A stretch of 63,686 nt of DNA, the filler included, from Polymyxa betae A26-41 (taxonomy: Eukaryota > Protista > Endomyxa: Phytomyxea): the NCBI GenBank assembly GCA_003693705.1. It is 10 parts of 10 records of this genome, joined end to end, with 100 filler letters (N's around TTAATTAATTAA, not from the genome) between each part and the next. Parts side by side here need not be neighbours in the genome. Positions count along the whole stretch, not along the records: positions 32,755 to 37,355 come from RBZT01000071.1; positions 37,456 to 42,945 come from RBZT01000405.1; positions 43,046 to 53,796 come from RBZT01000510.1; 7 more parts are not named here. One strand, given 5' to 3'. Shown here piece by piece: positions 36,401 through 48,599 of the stretch. The position numbers were made by a program, and so were the translations under genes. The notes under the pieces are model-generated. The model did not search any database and had not been told where the DNA came from. It saw nothing but the letters and a program-made list of their open reading frames with translations. Each line of letters starts with the position of its first letter. Within the stretch, counting starts at the first letter, position 1.

Positions 36401-37355
36401 CTGAGCATACAGCATAACGTTCTGTTCAATGTGTGCTCCTTCCTTGAATTGCATGCTCCCGCTTTCCCAGTCGATAACAGGGTTCAGCGAGCGCAGCCAT
36501 GTTACGCCCAGGACGATGGATACTTAGGGGATCGATCAGGAATAAGCTGCTCGTAAAGGATGTCGAGATATTCGGCGGTGTTAACGTCAGCGGGCACGTT
36601 GGCTTGACAACCTTCGAAATCAGTCGACCATCTTTCCAGGTCTACGAGTGGGATGTTCTTGGAGATTGCGAAAGCACGATCGATGAAGTTCGCAGCAGCT
36701 CCCGAGTCTACCAGGGCGGTGGCTCCCACCCGGTGATGTTCATGCTCTATGGTCATATCTAAAACAATTGGGGAGCCGACTAGTTCATTGCGTTGCGATT
36801 CAAATGGTTCTAAAGTACTGGTACCTACTAAAGGTGGATATCGCGGGTATTGTAAGGTCTTGCATGTATTATTAACAGTCGCCGCGGTCCGCGTCGGCGA
36901 CGACTGGACATGTTTTCTGGCTGGCGGCGTGCCTCGGTAGCATCAGGGCAGGACGCTTCAAAATGTCCTTCACGACCGCAGTACATGCAAAGATTTTCAT
37001 CAAATCGGCGCTGTCGCTCGGCTGGGTTAAGTCGAGGACGTCGGGCAGTAGTAGAAGATTCAGACGTGACGGCAGAAACAGAGTCAAGTTGCATAGGACT
37101 GGCACCGGGGCGTAGAGAGGAATTCGGTGTGCTCTGGTGAGCGGTGGAGGAAAAGGTGTTCGGACGTGGATGTCCACGCTGCTCAAGACGTCGTTGATAG
37201 ATTCGTTCGTCGCAATCAATAGCATAGGAGACAAGAGTCTGAAGATCAGGGGGGACGGGTAAGAGATCTTTGACGTCATCATTCAGGCCAGATTTGAAAA
37301 CGTGCATCGCAGCAATATTGTTAATCGGCTGTATACTTCTCTAGTTGAGATACAT
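32998..37355 (-). mobile_element. Gypsy chromovirus LTR retrotransposon (frameshifted, 5' end missing)
   Basis: gag PMQLD plus CX2CX4HX4C knuckle, protease LVDSGA, RT YLDD, RNase H, HHCC integrase, chromodomain (YEVERILDSR..YFIHWKG..TWEP), PPT at 33426-33440 and 3' LTR. Confidence 0.95.
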
Positions 37356-37455
37356 NNNNNNNNNNNNNNNNNNNNNNNNNNNNNNNNNNNNNNNNNNNNT
37401 TAATTAATTAANNNNNNNNNNNNNNNNNNNNNNNNNNNNNNNNNNNNNNNNNNNN

Positions 37456-38234
37456 GAACTTCTACTTCCTCGACCCAAAACGCTGGTTTTCCTGCTGAAT
37501 ATGCTGCAATTATTCAACGTTTAGAATCTCAGGTTTTCGATCTGCAGAATCAGATTAGCCGCGAGAGGGAACCTCGAAGTGCTCCTCATTCAACTATCTC
37601 CAATTTTCCAGCCCCAGCTGTCGATATAGCCACGACTTTGCAACAAATGCAGGCCCAGGTTTCTGAGCTCCAGGTACGAGTTCCTAATTTGTCATCAAGA
37701 TCGTCGTCGAATCTGAGTAACACTATAACTGGACCACCGTCATCTTTCTCTTTCGCTGAACTATCGAAACCAAGCCAATTCTCTGGTGACCGAACTAAAC
37801 TCCGACAGTGGTTTTGTCAGATCACAAATTATCTTAGAATGTATACCACATTATTTAGTTCCGATACTATGCGAATCGGGTTGTTCACTAGCTTGATGAC
37901 CGATTCTGCACTCCTTTGGCTGATGCCTTACGTAGAATCACAGTCCTCTATTTTGGATAATTACGATGAGTTTATAGCTGAACTACGGCGTGCATTCGAT
38001 GACCCAGATCGGGCGAAACATTCTTCTCGCACCTTAAAGGATCTTCGTCAACAAAACTTTCGTACCTTTTCCGAATATGAATCACGTTTTAGACTGTTAG
38101 CACATGATGTCGATTGGACCGAGAGTTCCAAAATCGAGCAATTTCGGCAAGAACTCGACCCGAATATCGAAAACATGCTGCTTATTGCCGAAACTTGTGG
38201 AACAGCAAACTTTCGAACGCTAAACGATGTATAG
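37456..38234 (+). pseudogene. Gypsy gag fragment (Retrotrans_gag-like)
   Basis: KPSQFSGDR..F..Q..YL, SLMTDSALLW, NYDEFIAELRRAFDD, Y..RF..LA..VDW. Confidence 0.85.
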
Positions 38235-38259
38235 TTTAGTCGTTATAGAGTTGGTTCTT

Positions 38260-40330
38260 GACACTCTGGTCCCTAAGAGAAGGCGTCAGAAGTTGGACGA
38301 CAAAGCGACGGCGTGCATCTTCTTCGGATATCCAAGCAGCCAGAAGGGGTATACCTTGATGGACCTCGACACCAAGCGAACCTTTGTATCCCGCGCGGTC
38401 ACGTTCGATGAAAGACGATTTCCAGGATCGAGCGACGACGATGGATCCGATGATGACGAATCCGACGAAGAACATGAAGACCCCAAGACCACGCCCGACT
38501 GGTACGAGCTGCCCATTGTCGACCTGCGGAAACAACATCAGCATGTGACGAATGATGACGACACTGACCTACCATGTCAAGAGTCTGAAACGACATCAGC
38601 CGAAGATGACGACGACGCCTGTGCGGAACCGACCAGCGAAGCGATCGAAGACATCGGAGAGGTGAACAGTGAAGATGTTGGTCAGCGAGATCTGCCTCCA
38701 CGCAGCACAAGGAGGCCGCCGACACGCCTGATGGAAGAGCAGGAAGACTGGCGACAACCACGAGCACAGCAGAGTGGGCGACACTCAGCTCTGATGGCCC
38801 AAGATCGTGAGCCGACCACCGTTGAAGAAGCTCTGGCCGACAAAGGATGGCGCGAAGCGATGAAAAGAGAGTTCGAGTCGCTGAAGAAGAACCACACCTG
38901 GCAGCTGGTGCCGGCTCCGCCCGGACGGCGTCCCATCACGGGAAAATGGTGTTTCAAGCTCAAGACCGATGAGAACGGCATCGCGATAAGAAAGAAAGTT
39001 CGCTATGTCGCACGCGGGTTCTCTCAAAAGAAGGGCATCGACTTTGAGGACACATATGCGCCGGTTATCTCATTGCCCTCCCTTCGAATAATGCTGTCGT
39101 TATCTGCTGACCTCGACTTAGAGATCGTTCAAATGGACGTGGACACACCCTACCTTTATGGAGATCTCGACGAGAAGCTGTACATGGAGCAGCCGGAGGG
39201 TTTCGAGCAGAAGGGCCGGAACGGCGAGCAGCTGGTGTGCCTGTTGAAGAAGTCAATATACGGACTCAAGCAAGCGGGTAGATGTTGGTGGAAAGCGCTC
39301 GACGCCTACCTGAAGAAAGTCGGTTTTAAGCCGACGACGACCGAACCATGCCTCTATACGAAGACGCGAGACGACAAGAAGCTGCTCATCGGCTCTACGT
39401 GGACGATCTGATAGTCGCAGCGCCGACGCGAGGCGACGTCACTACGATCGAGAATCAGCTCAAGAGCCGGTACAGCATGAAGCCTTCGCAGCCCCTTACC
39501 TTCATCTTAGGCGTTCGTATCACAAGCGAGCGCGACCGACGGCGCCTCTACCTGACGCAGGACGCCTATGCCCAAGCCGTCTTAAGACGATTCGGGATGG
39601 AGGAGAGTAAAGCTGTGAATAACACCCTCGGAGGCCGCGCGACGAAACTGCGCCGAATCTGCCACTGCGGCCTCCTTCCCCTATCGTGAGGCAGTGGGCA
39701 GCCTGATGTACCTGGCAACATGTACACGCCCTGACATTGCTTCTGCGGTATCGTATTTGTCAAGAAGCACGAGTTCGCCTACCTCTTATGACTTGATCGG
39801 CATCAAGCGCGTTTTACGTTACATTCGTGGAACTTTCGACACTGGCATCAGTTTGGGAGGGGGCGGTTTGAAACTGGTGGCTTTCGCCGATGCAGATTAT
39901 GCCTCTGACGTTGAGTCGCGACGTTCCATTTCCGGCAACATGATCATGTTCGGTGGTGGCCCCGTTCTATGGTCGAGTCGCCGCCAAGCATGTGTGACGC
40001 TATCTACAGTGGAGGTCGAATAAGTGGCGCTCTGCGGCGTAACACAGGAAGTCGTTTGGGCGAGAGAGTTGCTACGAGAACTCGGAGTTACTCAGCATCA
40101 ACCTACAGCTGTTTACGAAGACAATCAAGGGGCCATTTCACTGGCCAAAGGAAACCCGATCGGACGTCGCTCCAAGCACATCGACGTTCGGTACCACTAC
40201 GTGCGCGAGCAGTATGAGTCCGGGATCATCACTTTGCAGCATTGCCCGACTCAAGATATGATCGCGGACATTTTGACGAAACCCCTTGGCGCGACCGCAT
40301 TCACAAGATTGCGAGACAAGATCTGCGACG
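38260..40330 (+). mobile_element. Copia pol remnant (SH3, RT, RNase H)
   Basis: KLDDKATACIFFGY, KWCFKLK..RYVARGFSQ, SIYGLKQAG, LYVDD, ADADYA, RSKHIDVRYH, ADILTKPL. Frameshifts and one stop. Confidence 0.95.
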
Positions 40331-40619
40331 CACCCGGTCGCGTTCGGGATTGGAGGGTTGCGACCGCGACGAGGCGCGACCTGTTTAAGGCAGCATGTTC
40401 GCTGCAATTTTCAGGGCGATCGTGGCTGTTACTGGCCACACGTTTGCGAGCTAGTTTGGACCTAAATACAAATCACTTTTTGATTCTATCTGTTTGTCGT
40501 TCGTGGAAACCAACAAATGGAAGATCTGGAATTAAACACATATCTTCATCCGCTATTTTTCTGAGGGGCTATCAAGTACATAGATCCAAGATTTACAGAT
40601 ATCATGTGTATTGTGATAT

Positions 40620-41830
40620 ATAATGATATACGACCTTTCGAACGACCTTGAGACATTGAATGATGGCTCGAGCTTTTTTGGCGATAATGGTGCCGAAACG
40701 AAGGTAATCTGTAAATTTTTATCGGCGAGGCTGGTGCTGCCCATTTTTGAATTTTATTTGTTCTCAGTTCATTAATACTTTTAAAGTTTTTCTGCATTTA
40801 TTAAAACAGTTGGCTGCTCATATGAATCTCTGATTGGATGCCTATGATTTCACATAGCTGGTTGCTTTTAGGAATGATTGTTTCTTTCGATTTTTTCGGT
40901 CTCGCCGCTGATGGGACGCCTATGTTTCTCCTTTCCGCTTGCAGGGCCTTCTGGGCCCATCTAACATAGTTTTTTGTTTGCACTATAGTTTGTATACCCT
41001 TCGCTGATCTTTCTCGTGTGTAGATTGGGGCGGATCGAGTGTTCGGGGCTGAAATAACATTGAATCGAAGGTATTCTAATTCTATTTTGTCGGCTAGGGT
41101 GGATGCTGCCCTTTTTAGAAATTTCTGTCTTTCAATTTATTAATGCTTTTGAAGATTTTCTGTATGTTTAAGAATTGCTAATTGCTTATATGAATGCGTT
41201 TTCCTTTCTATATTTTTGGCTCTTCTCGCTGTTGGGAAGCACGAGATCTCATTTTCACCTGCAGGGCCTTCTTGCACTTCTAACATTTCTGCTAGTTTAT
41301 TCTATTGTTTGTATACACTGTACTGATTGCTCTCGCGCATAGATCGTGGCGGTTCGTGTTTTGAAAACGATATTGGGGTCGAATTGAAGGTAAACTTGGT
41401 AATTTTATTCGGTTAGAATGGATGCTGCCCATTTGAAAATTTTCTCACTTCTCAGTGTATTGATGCTTTTTAAGGTGCTCTGCAATTGTTAGAATAGTTG
41501 GCTGTTTTTACGAATGCTTTTATCTTTCTATTTGTCGGTCGCTGATGGGACGCACGGTTTCTCCTTCTCGCTTGCAGGGCAGGGCGTTCAGGGCCCTTAT
41601 ATCATTGCAATTCGTTTATTTATATATTCTATAGATCTTATACCCTGTGCCAGCTGATTGTTCTCGTGCTGACGCTGTGGCGGCTTGCGTTTTCATAGCG
41701 ATGTAGTTATCGAATCGATGGTAAACTTGCAAGATTTTTTCAGCAAGTGTGGATGCTGACCATTTATCAAATTTTCTCCCTTCTTAGTTTATTCATGCTT
41801 TTAATTTCTTCCAACGTTTTAGTGCTTTCA
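40620..41830 (-). repeat. Four degenerate 320-370 bp tandem units encoding a decayed ~110-aa repeat
   Basis: Anchor GG(A)TGCTG(C/A)CC at about 40733, 41101, 41420 and 41751. Minus-strand translation repeats KSIN.LR..KI.KWAAS.L. Confidence 0.75.
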
Positions 41831-42279
41831 ATGGTCGTGCTCTGCTCCCTTTGCACGGGTCATTGCTGTTTGAGCTGAACGTGCCAGAGCTGTTGCTCGT
41901 ATACTGCTGTTCTTTTTTGTGCTGATGCAGCTGGGGCGGCCAGATGCTGTACTGGTACAGCTGCTGTTTTTTGCTAAACTAATCTTCGATTTTTTGCTTT
42001 CGGTGCTTCGTTCTAACTAACGTAATAAACTCGAAAAGTAATCTCTGTTTAAATAATACAATTAATGCCCCATCCTAAAAGCGAATTGGTTTTCATGCAA
42101 AAATCTGCAATGCTCCGCGAATATCTGTGAACAGAACCTGCGATCCCACGCAATTCCATGTGCAAAATTCTGCGTGAACTTGCAAAATGGCCGTGAAAAT
42201 TCGCAGGTCCAAAAACGTTGGGAAACGCAGGTCCACGCAGTTCCGGTGGAGATTGATATCATTGAATGACTTTCATAAT

Positions 42280-42945
42280 TCAGTTGATAGAATCACTAAC
42301 TGGAATCATGAACTTTTCAATCTCTGTTGGGAGAAGATCTGCAATTGAACATTGAATCTCTGGGAATGTTGTCAATCCCTCTGATATTATTTCATCAAAT
42401 ACTTCAATAAGGAAATCGAGATATTGTTGCGCTGTGTCTTTGCGAGAACATTTACTACCGTTATGAGGAATGGTTAATTCTAAGATCGCATTTTGAAAAG
42501 TTGGATGTTCTTCATTATGAATATCATGAAGATATTCATAGAGAGCCTGAACAACACAAAGACCTCGTCGAAGCATCTCTTCACGTTTGTAAAAGAGCCG
42601 CTTGAAAGAATATTTAAATGTATCCGGAACATTGAGCAGCGAATCACTGATGTGGCGTATGAGTTGATAATCAGTAAACGTTTCACAATCATAACAATAT
42701 GGTTCGATATCAACGCCTTCTTCAACATGAGCCCAAACATATTCTTGAATTTCAATAAAATTCTCCAAGCGACAGTGCTTCAGATGTTGTTGAGAGAATC
42801 GAAGTCCTCTTTGTTCACAGAAATGCTTCAAAATAAGGAAATTTTCGAACATGGTCAGGTTCATAATCATCGAATTTGATTCAGCTTTGGTGATGAATGG
42901 ATAATCCGGGTCCTCCCATAAAGGATATTGAGGAGGGTAACTCGG
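42280..42945 (-). CDS. Hypothetical AT-rich protein, 5'-partial
   Basis: 196-aa ORF whose frame stays open upstream toward the contig end (..LWEDPDYPFITKAESNSMIM). No recognised domain. Confidence 0.5.
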   Translation of the reverse strand, partial: PSYPPQYPLWEDPDYPFITKAESNSMIMNLTMFENFLILKHFCEQRGLRFSQQHLKHCRLENFIEIQEYVWAHVEEGVDIEPYCYDCETFTDYQLIRHISDSLLNVPDTFKYSFKRLFYKREEMLRRGLCVVQALYEYLHDIHNEEHPTFQNAILELTIPHNGSKCSRKDTAQQYLDFLIEVFDEIISEGLTTFPEIQCSIADLLPTEIEKFMIPVSDSIN

Positions 42946-44819
42946 NNNNNNNNNNNNNNNNNNNNNNNNNNNNNNNNNNNNNNNNNNNNTTAATTAATTA
43001 ANNNNNNNNNNNNNNNNNNNNNNNNNNNNNNNNNNNNNNNNNNNNAACAAGGAACTTGCAGTGGACGTTCATGAAGATAGTACCAAAGATAACACATATC
43101 AAGCATCTTTCTGATCAGCGCTCCACTTGATCTGGATTCATAACGATCCATTCGAGAACAATCTCCGTTTTGGAACCATGATGACGTTTGGGTCGCGACA
43201 GCGAAACTCATGTGGCTAACTGATTACGACTAGACGATTTTTGGACATCCTACTCCGACAACTCGTTGACAATGGAATGGCAATACCTAAATAAGAATAT
43301 AATAGGGCATCTTTAAATCGTAGATTCGCAGGCCTGCCCAATAATGCAATACCAGTATACTTATGGAGGCCTGATCGATTTCAGAGCGACTACGATTTTT
43401 GCCATTATATTGAAAGATAGTCTGGCAATAGGATAAAGTTTGAATCTTGACTGAGATTCGTAGAAATAGCATATATTATCAAACGGTACAGGTAAGGTTA
43501 ATCCAGACAACCAATGTGGCTTGGAGAGGGTTTTTGGAGGAACAGCGTATTGAAAGCGATGATGAATGGCTAGAACAAGTGTTGGAAAAACCCTAATCCT
43601 TTAGGTATTGCTGTTCAATGAAATTCAATACAAATTCCCTTAGAATGAATTAAGGTAAGGTAAAGGGTAAAAGCTCTCATCATCTTGCCCAGGCCTACTA
43701 CTAATGCAGAATATTGAGGACCCCAAACGATTTGTAATTAGCAAAGAATAAATACTGGATTGTCGAGACAAACACCAGAGAGCTGAAGTTGTCCGGAAGA
43801 GGGCAGTACGACGAACGAACTACATGTGATGGCCAGCAGAGCGCCTGCGACATCAGCAGATTCGGCCCAACCATTAACCTAATCGACCTGATGATCATCT
43901 ACAGTTCTACCATCTGAGACCTCCGGGTCGACCCTGTAGCTTTATTCGCTTCCATATCAGCCTGTTTTCCCAGAATTTGTCCTGGCCAAGCACGAATTGT
44001 GTTTTTTGCAAAAGCATTTAACACAAGGATGCCAATCAAAGGTACCCTACTCTCGGAATTTGCAGAAAACAGAGACGTTGATCGCACTCCGATCATGAGG
44101 TATCAATTTCAACAAGGCTACAACCAATAATGAGACGAGTTCGTCCTGACCATCTAGAAGCTCACCTGAGGTAGTTCAAGTCATCATTTCCTCAAGGTGA
44201 TTTGCTCGAAGCAGGCGACTCTTAATTCGAAATCTAAACACAGTGGTAATTCAGGGGCAATGCAAATAATAACAATATGAACGAAGGGGAATACATGGCC
44301 ATTCTATTGACAAACAGAACCTTTCATAAGTTTTTCGAAGTCTAAGATATATGATCCAGTTACACGACGACTTTCTTCATACGCCTCGCTCACCAAACAC
44401 CGCCTCAGACTCTTCTGTAGATGTAGCAAGAAGGATAGCATGCTCCAATTGATATCAGGGATGGCAATGAAAATCTTTATATCATGACTTTTCTGAAAAA
44501 ATGGATTGGATTGGATGAAGCTTGACGCCATTGATCTAGTTTTGTTAATCATGATTAATAAAGCTAGAGAATCTAACCAGACGGGACTTGAATCACGGCC
44601 TAGACAGATACGCTTCAAATCTGTAAATTCAATGGGAAACAGCTCTACCCCTGCCCGTGACCGGGTGCAAGCTATGAAGAGCTCGTCCCCAGTTGCCATG
44701 GCCCAGGCCCAGGCCCCAGTGGCTCACTTCAGCCCTTTTAATACAAGTCCCAGAGCCGTTGTTCAGTCCGCCTCCCTTGGCTTTGTCACCTCGTTGGAGT
44801 CCTATACAGGGGCGGTCCT

Positions 44820-45974
44820 ATGTTGCCGTTGCTGGCATCCAAGACCGATCGAAGCGCAGTCCGCTTTGCCCTCGCTCTGATCTGGGCTTCGGTCATCGTC
44901 GTCTCCCTCCTCGCCGTCACTACGAGTCTGGGGCTGTTCTACGTTACAGATACTGGGCTTTCCGCCCGGACGGCGTTGGAGGCTCCGCCGTTTCGCGTCG
45001 CGATCGTCATCTCGGGCACGTTTCGGACTTTCGACCTGGTAGCCGACAGCCTGCGACAGCACGTGTTCGAGGCGCTTCGGCGGCGCCAGATCCATGTCGA
45101 GGTGTTCGTTTACATGACCGTGGAGCCGAATGGAGAGCGTGACCTCGCGGCGACCGAGGCCTATCTGCGCGACTTCCAGCGCCGCTCGGACGGGGCCGTG
45201 GTCGCCGTCCGGGCCATCGACGACCGCGACGATCAGGTGGCGGACCTGCCCGTCGCCTTCCTGTATGTGCTGCGCGGAGTGGACGACAATTACCGCGGCG
45301 TCCTGCAGCAGATGAACGGATGGAAGAAGGGGTTCGCCATGGTTCAGGAGCGTGAGAGGAGCGTGAGGCGAACGGTCGACATGGTCGTCCGCATGCGCAG
45401 CGACATGCTCTGGGTGAAGGACGTCCCTGACCCGCGAACGTTCCCTACCGACGTTCCGACCCTGCCCACGAACTACATTTATAACCCCGCGATCCTCCAG
45501 GGCTGCATGGATGACAAAATTCTGTGGCTGCCGCGCCGCTTGGCTCCGGCCTGGTTCGGCATGCTGGACCGGTACGTCCGCAACAACGGGACGCGCTTCT
45601 GGTACGGCTTCTACCAGTTCCTCACCGATGGCATGCTCGAGGCCGCCGGTCTGCCCGTCGACCGGTACGGGGCCACGTCCATGGACGCCGATTTCTGCGG
45701 CGACGGCGTGCTGGCGCCGTTCCACTACGTGGAGCTGGCCGCAATTACGTGGCGCCGTTCTAACTGCTTTGAGTCGTTCTGCCGCGACAACTGGTCCGGG
45801 TACTCGGACATCTGCCCGAAGCCGCAGGCTGAGAACACGACCGCTGCGTGGACGTTGCCGCCGGGGTCAAATTTCTGCTACTACCGGCCCGGCCAGGATC
45901 AAACCTGCCCGCCTGAGTTTCTGGACGAGGGTCACTTCAATGTGGACGCCGTCCCCCGCCAGTCCTCCCTCTAA
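44820..45974 (+). CDS. Type II membrane glycosyltransferase-like protein (SGxxR / RxRxD family)
   Basis: N-terminal TM helix, VAIVISGTFRT, VEVFVYM, LQQMNGWKKGF, DMVVRMRSD. Intact GC-rich 384-aa ORF. Confidence 0.75.
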   Translation: MLPLLASKTDRSAVRFALALIWASVIVVSLLAVTTSLGLFYVTDTGLSARTALEAPPFRVAIVISGTFRTFDLVADSLRQHVFEALRRRQIHVEVFVYMTVEPNGERDLAATEAYLRDFQRRSDGAVVAVRAIDDRDDQVADLPVAFLYVLRGVDDNYRGVLQQMNGWKKGFAMVQERERSVRRTVDMVVRMRSDMLWVKDVPDPRTFPTDVPTLPTNYIYNPAILQGCMDDKILWLPRRLAPAWFGMLDRYVRNNGTRFWYGFYQFLTDGMLEAAGLPVDRYGATSMDADFCGDGVLAPFHYVELAAITWRRSNCFESFCRDNWSGYSDICPKPQAENTTAAWTLPPGSNFCYYRPGQDQTCPPEFLDEGHFNVDAVPRQSSL

Positions 45975-47389
45975 ACGTTCGGCCAGCGTCTGACGACCTA
46001 CGACCTGATTGCTTTGACCAATAAACCATTCTGATTTTGTGCTATCCGCTGCGTATCCAACAATATATTGATTCATAAGATGCGATTAATCGATATCCTC
46101 ATTTCGAACTCCAATGGCTCGACTATCTTCAGTTTTCGACATTGGGCGATGTCTTTAAACCAAAGTTTTAGCTGGAGGATTTTCATTAGTTGTTGAGTTT
46201 CTTAGCGAATTGTTCGGTCGGTTTCTTCTCGTATATGTTGGTCCAGACTTGAATAAATAAAAACAAAAAAGAAAAATTCAAAATTAATTTGCAAAACAAA
46301 CGATTCCTCACCTTCACCATTGTGTCTGCTTTACTTTTCTCTTGAACCGCCGTCTGCGATATGAGAGAACAAGCAGCCGGTTCGCTAGCCACCATGATAT
46401 ACGACAACGTGTCCCGCCCCGGTTGACTTTGGAGGGATGTCAGCTGGGCGACCGAGCCAGCGAGAGAGTGAGTAGGAGAGCGTCAGCGCCCCGAGATTTT
46501 TTACAGCCGTTTCCGAATATGCGCCAGACAGCCCATCAGCCTGGTCTCGGCCACGACGGCAGCGCCGCCGTTCCGCAGCAGGGACGACGACGACGACGAC
46601 GACGACGGCGCCGGCCGGAGCAGGACGACAAGAAGGCGTTCGAAACTTTCTAGCTTCTGACTGTTTTCTATCTTGAACAGGTCAGCCGATGATATTCTCA
46701 GCATCATGATTAGGCAGTCGAATTTTCCCATTGTTTGCATGCTTCCATCAGAAACTGATGACTCGCACGAAGCGTTTCCCAAAATTGTCCTCGAGTAAAT
46801 TCTCCCCCGCAGAGCCGGATTCAGAAGCAACCTCAGAACGCTTCAAATCGCCGTTCCCTATTCAGAGGTAAAGGGATGAGTATGGTGAATATCCAACCTT
46901 CAAGCATGACCAAGTTGATGGAACTTTTCAAGGTCAGTTGCAAACAGAACTCTGCCCTTTTACAGCAACGTGAGAGAGAAAGCAATGCAGAAGGTGCTAT
47001 ATAGTGCAATGGAATGAAATGTTTGTTGTTAATTAACCAATTTGTCTTGCATTAGGTCACCGTCTTTGTATGATGACTCTGACTTCATCTCAAATCAAAG
47101 ATTCGGTTTTTTTGCCGTTCCATGGTGCAATGAGTCGGCTTACAGCAAGTGCGATGGTGTGTTCACGTCCTGCATGATGATACAGAGTTGACGCTTGAGG
47201 TAAAGGGCATATAGAACGACACAGAAGCAGGTTTCAGAAAATTTTCATCGGAATACATCATTAGTTTCGTCATTCCATCATGATCATTATAAAGTCCCAA
47301 AGGTCAGACGAAAGATGTGTCAAGACAAGGACTGGAACAGAAGCAAGTTTTTAAAGCGGAATGACGATCTTGCTGACGGGCTCGTCAAC

Positions 47390-48019
47390 AGCATCGATCT
47401 CGCTGCAATGAAACGAATCGTGATCGACGACGTCATCTTCGATCACAGGCCAGATGACGACTCGAATCCAATTCTGATCGGAGAGGTAATCAGGATCCGC
47501 GTCTGCTACTTCACATAGTCGGTAAATTCTTCCGAAAAATTACTCGGTCTGGGGCGAAGCCAAGCGTATCTTCCGCTACCTGATCCTGGCGGATCCTGCT
47601 GTCCAGTACAGTACATCTCGTCGGTGAACACTTGGTTGAAGACGAATAAGACATTTCATATCATGAGAGACTACCCGAATCGATCTGCGCTCGTTCATTT
47701 AGTATGTGAATTGATTGACTTTCATGCCGAAATTGGGGTTTTTGATTTTTACTTTGGGGCTACAGGACTGCGATCAATTTGCTTTCTTTGTTGAAATGCT
47801 GCGAATTGATCAAAGCCCGCGCATGGAGTGTGGAGTGTACATGTAACTGCATTGAGGTCAAAATTTGTTGACATCGATCAAAGCACTATTAATTATGTGA
47901 GTGTCAGAAGCCTGATTCTGAGCGCCACCGATCGAAATTGGATTCGAGATGTCATCTGGCCTCTGATAGCGGATGACGCCGTCAATCACGATTCGTTTCA
48001 TTGCGACGAGATTGACGCT
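47390..48019. repeat. 92-bp imperfect inverted repeat pair
   Basis: 47390-47481 versus the reverse complement of 47928-48019, roughly 85% identical by eye. Confidence 0.8.
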
Positions 48020-48599
48020 CATCTAACTCCTTTCCCATTTCGGGGAGCGATGAGTTGTTCGACATCCTGAAGGAAACATTTGGACGTATTTCGTCATCCA
48101 GACATAAGAGCTGGTTTATCCCGACGTTTGTAATGATTGCAGATTCCGATAAAATCAGAGCAGTAGCCGGACAAGAATTGGTTGTTGGCCCACACGTTTC
48201 TAGTAGTGAAGGGAAAAAATATTTATTTTTGGCTCCGTGTTATGAAAAACTGGGAATTTCGAAATACCTGCTCAGGCGAAGGGTTCGTTTGTACCCTTTG
48301 TACATTGCGGACTGAAAACGAAGCTTTACGCCCTCGTCGGTGCCCACCGTTTACCAACCAGGGCATCGACGTGTTCGTTTGAAGAGAATATGTCGGTATT
48401 TGGATATCGGAGTACTGCATCATTGGTGGAGATGGAGCATGCGCTGGTGTAAGGGAGAACCCAAAATTTCAACGAATTTAGATACAAATTATTGCGATCC
48501 CCTCTTTCAAGGCAGCAAATTCAGAGCTCCCCTATTGATCAGCTCATGATACAGCAATAAACCAGATTTTAATATTTGGAAGGAGTGTTTGGGAGCGTG

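Noticed and set aside
44802-45993. Long antisense and alternative-frame ORFs over the GT-like gene
   Set aside because: Shadow ORFs from high GC3. The same applies to overlaps of the Myb, ankyrin and GST genes.
46583-46607. (GAC)n microsatellite giving poly-Arg/Ser ORFs
   Set aside because: Ordinary simple repeat.
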